Below the pieces are notes generated by a model that saw only the letters and a list, made by a program, of their open reading frames with translations, was not told the DNA's origin and ran no database searches. The position numbers were made by a program, and so were the translations under genes. From a virus (Duplodnaviria; Caudoviricetes), in IMG/VR virus record IMGVR_UViG_3300037276_000070, positions 1 to 59,352 of that record: DNA of 59,352 bases; one strand, 5' to 3'. Below, in pieces: positions 54,920 through 59,352 of the stretch. Each line of letters opens with the position of its first letter. Position 1 is the first letter of the stretch.

Positions 54920-55331
54920 GCCCTTTTCTGCTGCTAGTGCACCTCGGACAGAGTAATAGGCTGGACCGGAGCCGAGTCGGCTTCCCACGAACCGGGCACG
55001 CGGCTGGGGGACACAAGGCCTCTCAGCTGCAGGGGATTCCAGGCTGCCTGCTCTCCTGGCCCCCTCCTCGGGGTGCCGGAGCGACTGGGTGGGCCGAATC
55101 TGCCAACGGTCACGCCTCCATACAGCCCAAAGCAGGGGGAGGCCATGCTACACCTTCCACCCTTGCAGCAGACGTGTATCGAGGTACAGTTCAGGGCTAC
55201 ACGACTGCTCGGCTTCGTACTCACGGTTGGGCGGCCTTGGGGCGGCCTGTTAACGGGGCCTAACCCCCAGTGTGGCCTGACGTATCTGGCCTGCCCGAGG
55301 TCCCTGTCCCCACCTGCTGGGTGGTACCCCT

Positions 55332-55394
55332 GGGGCGGGGTGGCAGGGGGCGGGGTGTGTGGGTAAGGCGGGGTGCGGGGTCACTGGGGGCGGG
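55332..55394 (+). repeat. G-tract cluster with GCGGGGT repeats (G-quadruplex potential)
   Basis: Nine runs of 3 or more G in 63 nt, in the divergent intergenic region. Confidence 0.75.
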
Positions 55395-55639
55395 CTAGGC
55401 GCACGGGCCATGCATGCGGCCTGGTCCACGCGCGCGTTGATGCCTGCCTTTTTCGTGTCCATTAGATTGACTGATGCAAGCCCCGTCCAAGCCTTTGACA
55501 TTGCCGTCCAGGCTTTAGCCAGCTTTATGACAAGCGTTGCGGCAGCTTGCGCCCATCTCGACCAGGTGCGAGCTGAGTGTCAAATCCCTAGCCATGCCAG
55601 GTGGGGGTCGATTGCCTGCACTTTCAAGAGCTTGCAGGT

Positions 55640-55655
55640 TGGCACGGCGCCTGCA
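55640..55655 (+). promoter_or_regulatory. sigma54 (-24/-12) promoter candidate heading the early arm
   Basis: TGGCAC-GGCGC-CTGCA, about 55 nt upstream of the first + gene. Confidence 0.6.
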
Positions 55656-55708
55656 ATATCTCTTTTCACAAACGCTGAGTCACTCGGCACACACACACGG
55701 AGCATGGC

Positions 55709-55864
55709 ATGCAGCTACCAATACTCGATAGGGACCACTTGATTACCCTGGTGACCGGGTTCACCTGGACGGACCCGGTAGAGGAAGCCATGGAACGGGC
55801 GCTTGACGCTCTGACACCGGAGCAGCGCGCTCGCTTGGTCGAGGTGCGCCGATGCAAAGGTTGA
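55709..55864 (+). CDS. 51-aa early protein (not in the ORF track)
   Basis: MQLPILDRDHLITLVTGFTWTDPVEEAMERALDALTPEQRARL...; GGAG RBS. Confidence 0.6.
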   Translation: MQLPILDRDHLITLVTGFTWTDPVEEAMERALDALTPEQRARLVEVRRCKG

Positions 55865-56193
55865 ACGCGGCTACGACGCCAGCTCTCCGCACCATGACGC
55901 TCCATGCCAGCCCGCTCGTCTGGACTCAGCATGCAGCTGAGCGGGCCGAACTCAAAGGGGTACCGCTGCACCGCGCTCTGCACGTACCCGCCGGTGGCAT
56001 AGTCGAGGTGGAACTGGGCGACCAGGACAAGTTGACCAAGGTCGTCTGCCGTGTCCAGCACACCGCTACCCATGATGCGGTCTACGTGCTGGTTCCCAGA
56101 GGGAGCGGCTGGCTGGTAGTGACCTCATGGACCAACAGCGTGACAGACACACATAGCACACTGCGCACCGAGCGCTTAGGAGTAATCGCATGA
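55852..56193 (+). CDS. RelE/BrnT/DUF4258-like fold protein
   Basis: WTQHAAER and LVVTSW.N...D.H.TL motifs. Confidence 0.6.
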   Translation: MQRLNAATTPALRTMTLHASPLVWTQHAAERAELKGVPLHRALHVPAGGIVEVELGDQDKLTKVVCRVQHTATHDAVYVLVPRGSGWLVVTSWTNSVTDTHSTLRTERLGVIA

Positions 56194-56402
56194 GGTATTT
56201 AGCTTGGGATATTTGTGTGGATTTTGGTGGCGACGTAGTCGACTCATTCATCGCCTCGGCAACGGGCATCAACACCGGCCTGCCTCTGACCGACGCTCAG
56301 CTGGATGAGCTGACCGAGTGGGCACACGCTGACGGCACTATTGAGGAAGCTTGGCAGGACAATGCAATTGACCGCGCATGTTATCTTTATGACCGAGACT
56401 GA
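56190..56402 (+). CDS. Small acidic protein
   Basis: AGGAG RBS; PLTDAQLDEL; D/E-rich. Confidence 0.7.
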   Translation: MRYLAWDICVDFGGDVVDSFIASATGINTGLPLTDAQLDELTEWAHADGTIEEAWQDNAIDRACYLYDRD

Positions 56403-56462
56403 CCGGGGCCAATTCGCGGCACGCAGCACACACCACACACACGAAGTACGGGAGACAAGAGC

Positions 56463-57116
56463 ATGCATAAGCTGTTACAACAGAACAAGAAGATGGCGAA
56501 GGCCAGCGTGGTCACCTATCAGTTCAGCTTGCCCTCAGTATCCACGTGTCCCGGTGCCGGTACCTGTAAGCAGTTCTGCTTTGCCGCCCTAGAGGAGCTG
56601 CGGTACCCTTCGGCGCGTAACTACCGGGCCCGCATGCTTGAGCTAACCAAGGACGCGCCATCCTTCATCGCAGCCATGGCGGCCGAAGTGACCGCATGCG
56701 TCAGGCGAGCCAAGGGCAAGCAGGTTGCAATCCGTATCCACGCCTCGGGTGACTTTTACTCACCGGCCTACTTGCAGGCATGGCATTGCGTCGCCACCCT
56801 TTGTCCGAGCGTCCAGTTCTACGCTTACACCAAATCGGTCGCCATCGCTCAGCGCTTGGCCCATCAGCGGCCGGCCAACCTGACGCTCATCTATTCGCTC
56901 GGTGGCACCATGGACTCGCGTATCGACCTAGCCACCGAACGACACTCGCGTATCTTTGCCACCGAGGCCGATGCCCTAGCGGCTGGCTACGCTCTGGCGA
57001 ACGTGGATGACTCGGTAGCTTGGGCGTCGTCTAACACGCGTATCGGCTTGGTCATGTTCGGTGCACGCAAGCGCAAGGGGAATGCGGCGCTCGGCAACGT
57101 GGCAGGTGCCGCATGA
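56463..57116 (+). CDS. Gp88-like protein (radical-SAM-like Cys motif)
   Basis: N.KM.K, FSLP...TCPGAGTCKQFCFA, RIHASGDFYS, FYAYTK and PANL motifs. Confidence 0.85.
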   Translation: MHKLLQQNKKMAKASVVTYQFSLPSVSTCPGAGTCKQFCFAALEELRYPSARNYRARMLELTKDAPSFIAAMAAEVTACVRRAKGKQVAIRIHASGDFYSPAYLQAWHCVATLCPSVQFYAYTKSVAIAQRLAHQRPANLTLIYSLGGTMDSRIDLATERHSRIFATEADALAAGYALANVDDSVAWASSNTRIGLVMFGARKRKGNAALGNVAGAA

Positions 57117-57274
57117 GAACGGTGGCACAATACCGACGTGATGGGTTGAACGAGACCAATTGGAACGAGTGCATACTAATTGAGGGACATTGGATGTGGC
57201 GCGAATTCGACTTCGACTATGGCAACGGTGACCTAAACAGCAGAGAGCTTGAGACCATGCGGGTCGAAAACTAG
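57113..57274 (+). CDS. 53-aa hypothetical protein (not in the ORF track)
   Basis: ATGA-coupled ORF MRTVAQYRRDGLNETNW... Confidence 0.55.
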   Translation: MRTVAQYRRDGLNETNWNECILIEGHWMWREFDFDYGNGDLNSRELETMRVEN

Positions 57275-57336
57275 GCGGTGCATCGGGCCCGTGCGTGGGC
57301 CCCAGTCAACCGGAATCAATCAACTTGGAGGTTTAC

Positions 57337-57429
57337 GTGTTTGCATTCATTGGCATCGGTTACTTCCTATTCATGTTCATTGTGTGCTGCTTTTGCAAAG
57401 CTGGGGGTTTATATGATGAACGGTACTAA
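57337..57429 (+). CDS. 30-aa membrane peptide (not in the ORF track)
   Basis: GGAGG RBS plus GTG; MFAFIGIGYFLFMFIVCCFCKAGG. Confidence 0.55.
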   Translation: MFAFIGIGYFLFMFIVCCFCKAGGLYDERY

Positions 57430-57655
57430 TGCAGTCCGACCAGTCCGACCCACATACCTCAGCTGCGTTTGCACCGTTAACGTGGCACTACGGCAAGGCG
57501 ACGCGCTGGCAGCCACTCAGGCGCTGAACCAGCTGTGGGACCTGCCTGACTTGACGGCAACTGAGCGCAACCGGGCACATGAACTGGGCAATGCGGTCCA
57601 GCGGCTCATCCTCAGTCAATGGCTGGCTGCAAACGGGGAGGGAGAAACGGCATGA
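57413..57655 (+). CDS. Hypothetical protein
   Basis: ATG after GGGGG; helical; coupled to the next gene. Confidence 0.55.
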   Translation: MMNGTNAVRPVRPTYLSCVCTVNVALRQGDALAATQALNQLWDLPDLTATERNRAHELGNAVQRLILSQWLAANGEGETA

Positions 57656-57879
57656 CTAAGCACGTGGACTTCCATCGCCTTCTCAAGGGACGGCTAGCTC
57701 GGCGCGAGGATGAGGCGGTGCGACGTGCCATGGGCCTCAAGCCAGCCAACCTGCTAGTCTACGGCCCCTATGGCACCACGCCCATGTCCCTCTGGGAAGC
57801 CTGCGATGGGCAGTTGTACGTGAAGGAGGGAGAAGGCCAGTACAAGCATTGGGTTCGCAAGAAGGCCTCAAGTTTCTGA
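57652..57879 (+). CDS. Hypothetical protein
   Basis: GGAG RBS and ATGA coupling. Confidence 0.6.
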   Translation: MTKHVDFHRLLKGRLARREDEAVRRAMGLKPANLLVYGPYGTTPMSLWEACDGQLYVKEGEGQYKHWVRKKASSF

Positions 57880-57943
57880 GAGACGCGCCGATAAGACAAG
57901 TAAGCAGCCAGCAACAAGCAACCAACTCAAACGAGGTTCCCAT

Positions 57944-58705
57944 ATGAACGTGTTCAAAGAGTCCATCCAAATGCGTCAAGCTGTCACCCCGACCTTTGGC
58001 CGTATCGACTCAGAGTCGGTCCACCAAGTGGTCCAGTCGGTCCTGACCGGCCTCGGCCTGGTCGCCGAAGTGGTCGAGCGTGTCAAGTCCCGTCGCTGCA
58101 CCGTTAAGGACGCAGAGCGCGGCAAGGTCACGCACTTCGGCACTCGCACCTACTCCGAATACCGGCTCATGAACCCGGCCATGGAAGTCACTGGTCCGGC
58201 GGGCGAGGCGCTGCGAGCGGTCATCCGTATCACCGATACCAACCTGCCTGGTGAGGCCTTCCGTGTCAGCGTTGGCTACTTCCGCCTCATCTGTCTGAAC
58301 GGCCTGTTCGGCTTGCAGACCGAGGCAGTGGCGCGAGTTACCCACCGCGTCGGCCCGACGGCTCGCGGCAAGTTGGACGCTCTCCCGGCTGCCATCGAGG
58401 CGGCGCTAGCCAGCCTGCCTGCACTCCAAGCACGTGCCATGGAACTGGCCAGCATGCCAGTCGCTGCCCCTGTCGAAGTGGTGAAGGCGCTTGACCTCCC
58501 TGAGAAGGTGCGCAATCAGGTGCTCAGCCTCATTGCGTTCTCAGCCTACCGTCGTGTGGACCAGCCGACCAACGTGTGGGGTTTGTACAACATCATCAAC
58601 GAGGTCGACCGCTTGCTAGCGCGGCAGGGTAGTACTGCCTACCTTCAGCGTGACTCTGGACTGGTCGATGCCATCGTGGCGCTGGCGCAAGGCCAAGCGG
58701 CCTGA
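57944..58705 (+). CDS. DUF932-family protein
   Basis: GYFRLICLNGL, H and N.WGLYN..NE motifs. Confidence 0.82.
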   Translation: MNVFKESIQMRQAVTPTFGRIDSESVHQVVQSVLTGLGLVAEVVERVKSRRCTVKDAERGKVTHFGTRTYSEYRLMNPAMEVTGPAGEALRAVIRITDTNLPGEAFRVSVGYFRLICLNGLFGLQTEAVARVTHRVGPTARGKLDALPAAIEAALASLPALQARAMELASMPVAAPVEVVKALDLPEKVRNQVLSLIAFSAYRRVDQPTNVWGLYNIINEVDRLLARQGSTAYLQRDSGLVDAIVALAQGQAA

Positions 58706-58790
58706 GCAAACTAGGCGAACACGTGGGCCTCGACATGGGGCCCAGTGTTGGGGAACACAGCCGGGAGGGCAGGATGGTGTCCTTTGTAAC

Positions 58791-58806
58791 TGGCGCACTG
58801 GTTGCG
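58791..58806 (+). promoter_or_regulatory. sigma54 (-24/-12) promoter candidate
   Basis: TGGCGC-ACTGG-TTGCG, intergenic, about 58 nt upstream of ATG 58864. Confidence 0.6.
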
Positions 58807-58863
58807 CTCTGTATCGCGATAGTGCTTCTTAGGTCAGATTCTTAGCCAATAGGGGGTTTCGCA

Positions 58864-59352
58864 ATGGGAAAGAAATACACGCTCATCTCAACAGCTCGCA
58901 CTTGGGCAGGTCGGACCATGTATCAGGTGGTCTATGCGAATGGCTCCTTAGGAGGCTTCATCGAGTCCGAGAAGAACCTGAGTCAGGAGGGCAGTTGTCG
59001 GGTGTGCGATAACGCTCAGGTGTTCGGTAACGCTCGGGTGTTCGGTGATGCTTGGGTATTCGGTAACGCTCGGGTGTGCGATAACGCTCAGGTGTTCGGT
59101 AACGCTCGGGTGTGCGGTGACGCTCTGGTGTGCGGTGACGCTCTGGTGTGGGATAACGCTCGGGTGTCCGGTAATGCTCTGGTGTCCGGTAATGCTTGGG
59201 TGTGCGGTAACGCTCAGGTGTCCGGTAACGCTCAGGTGTCCGGTGACGCTCTGGTGTCCGGTAACGCTCTGGTGTCCGGTAACGCTCAGGTGACATCCCC
59301 CTCCGATTGCATTTGCCTCTCTGGCTTCCAGTATGCAATCACCTGCCTGCCC
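58864..59352 (+). CDS. 5' part of hexapeptide-repeat protein A (continues to 280)
   Basis: MGKKYTLISTARTWAGRTMYQVVYANGSLGGFIESEKNLSQEGSC plus 16 repeats. The track misses it because it wraps. Confidence 0.88.
   Translation, partial: MGKKYTLISTARTWAGRTMYQVVYANGSLGGFIESEKNLSQEGSCRVCDNAQVFGNARVFGDAWVFGNARVCDNAQVFGNARVCGDALVCGDALVWDNARVSGNALVSGNAWVCGNAQVSGNAQVSGDALVSGNALVSGNAQVTSPSDCICLSGFQYAITCLP
59002..59289 (+). repeat. 16 x 18-bp coding tandem repeat
   Basis: Counted directly in the sequence. Confidence 0.9.
59226..59352 (+). repeat. 127-bp terminal direct repeat, right copy
   Basis: Identical to 1-127. Confidence 0.93.

Noticed and set aside
55495-55530. + strand TTGACA as an early sigma70 promoter
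   Set aside because: There is no acceptable -10 hexamer at 16-18 nt spacing.
54652-55742. ORFs in the divergent intergenic region
   Set aside because: They overlap promoters and G-tracts, lack an RBS and appear in conflicting frames.
58958-59338. Antisense RTPERY-repeat ORF and the other alternate-frame repeat ORFs (1646..1939, 4196..4582, 4425..4679, 59045..59293)
   Set aside because: These are shadows of the stop-free 18-bp repeat and have no RBS or operon context.
59226-59352. 127-bp terminal repeat as a biological DTR
   Set aside because: Its length equals a standard assembler k-mer and it falls mid-gene, so it is best read as circularisation overlap.
1-59352. Genome-wide stop-codon recoding, tRNAs, integrase/att sites
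   Set aside because: Genes tile densely in the standard code. No cloverleaf with a T-loop was seen in intergenic DNA, and no recombinase motif was found.

Overview
This window is an apparently complete ~59.2 kb circularly assembled genome of a tailed dsDNA phage, podovirus-like and GC-rich. Bases 1-127 repeat exactly at 59226-59352, and one gene spans the join. The + arm (55.7 kb through the join to 18.2 kb) holds early/replication genes: Gp88-like, DUF932, three hexapeptide-repeat paralogs, SLT transglycosylase, ClpP-like protease, PD-(D/E)XK nucleases, PolA, RuvC-like, DUF5664, DEDD exonuclease, GH24 lysozyme and a DinG-like helicase. The - arm (54.4 to 18.2 kb) holds TerS, TerL, portal, scaffold, capsid, tail fibres, adaptor, a 1941-aa tail protein, five ejection-type proteins and holin/spanin candidates. 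I recognised no integrase, RNA polymerase, primase, tRNA, reverse transcriptase or CRISPR array. The most unusual signals are: (1) a promoter-driven ~220-245 nt rod-like non-coding RNA at 29.4-29.6 kb, plus several other structured intergenic RNAs; (2) two small early-arm proteins that resemble fragments of a major capsid protein; (3) a LIM-like zinc-finger ORF overprinted on the helicase Walker A; (4) sigma54-type promoters heading the early arm; (5) mosaic 18-bp repeat cassettes shared among three paralogs; (6) a spanin candidate ending in an outer-membrane beta-signal. All family calls come from motif recognition by eye, and no searches were run.
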